From: a virus
Taxonomy: Duplodnaviria > Caudoviricetes
Virus record (IMG/VR): IMGVR_UViG_3300042502_000072
Location: 1-44,404 of that record
Reading direction: 5' to 3' (one strand)
DNA: 44,404 bases
How positions within the stretch are numbered: the first letter of the stretch is position 1; each line of letters begins with the position of its first letter. Below, in pieces: positions 44,363 to 44,404 of the stretch. The position numbers and the translations under genes are program-made. The notes under the pieces were generated by a model. That model worked only from the letters and a program-made list of their open reading frames with translations, searched no databases and had not been told where the DNA came from.

Positions 44363-44378
44363 TAATCCCATGGGATTT
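44363..44378. repeat. Palindrome variant TAATCCCATGGGATTT
   Basis: 15/16 match; abuts the -35 box. Confidence 0.9.
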
Positions 44379-44404
44379 GCGGTCGCGGGTGATAGTAGTT
44401 AGGG

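Noticed and set aside
36408-44378. Palindrome array as a CRISPR array or integron attC sites
   Set aside because: Repeats are only 16 bp with irregular 0.4-1.5 kb spacing filled by genes; no cas genes or integron integrase; no attC-type R/L box structure
36408-44378. Palindromes as rho-independent terminators
   Set aside because: Stems are AT-rich with only a 2-4 nt loop, there is no consistent U-tract, and sequence rather than just pairing is conserved
1-44404. Alternative genetic code or stop-codon recoding
   Set aside because: Long genes are intact in code 11 and coding density is high

Overview
This window is a 44.4-kb piece of a tailed dsDNA phage genome with two convergent arms. It looks podovirus-like, and a freshwater proteobacterial host is my inference from the gene content. 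The + arm (1-22337) carries a tail fibre with an S74 chaperone, an unusually long lysis/membrane-protein block (HNH insertion, Rz with embedded Rz1, GH19 endolysin), tail proteins, a GNAT protein, three ejection/internal virion proteins (the largest 2083 aa with HExxH) and six tiny Lys-rich genes. The - arm (22338-44264) carries early genes, a MoxR-type AAA+/vWA-metallopeptidase module, many small mosaic genes and a replication block (PolA with Leu at position 762, PD-(D/E)xK nuclease, VRR-NUC, SNF2 helicase, SSB-like protein, primase-helicase). No terminase, portal, capsid, integrase, tRNA or CRISPR is visible. The most striking unexplained signal is a 16-bp palindrome, TAATCCCRYGGGATTA. It occurs 9 times in intergenic/gene-junction positions of the early region (36.4-44.4 kb) and once, degenerate, inside polA. 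It is accompanied by a second pre-RBS motif (ACTTGTTTACT), near-consensus sigma70 promoters, an AT-rich origin-like region with two inverted IHF boxes, and regional depletion of GCWGC. All family assignments come from motif recognition by eye; no database search was run.
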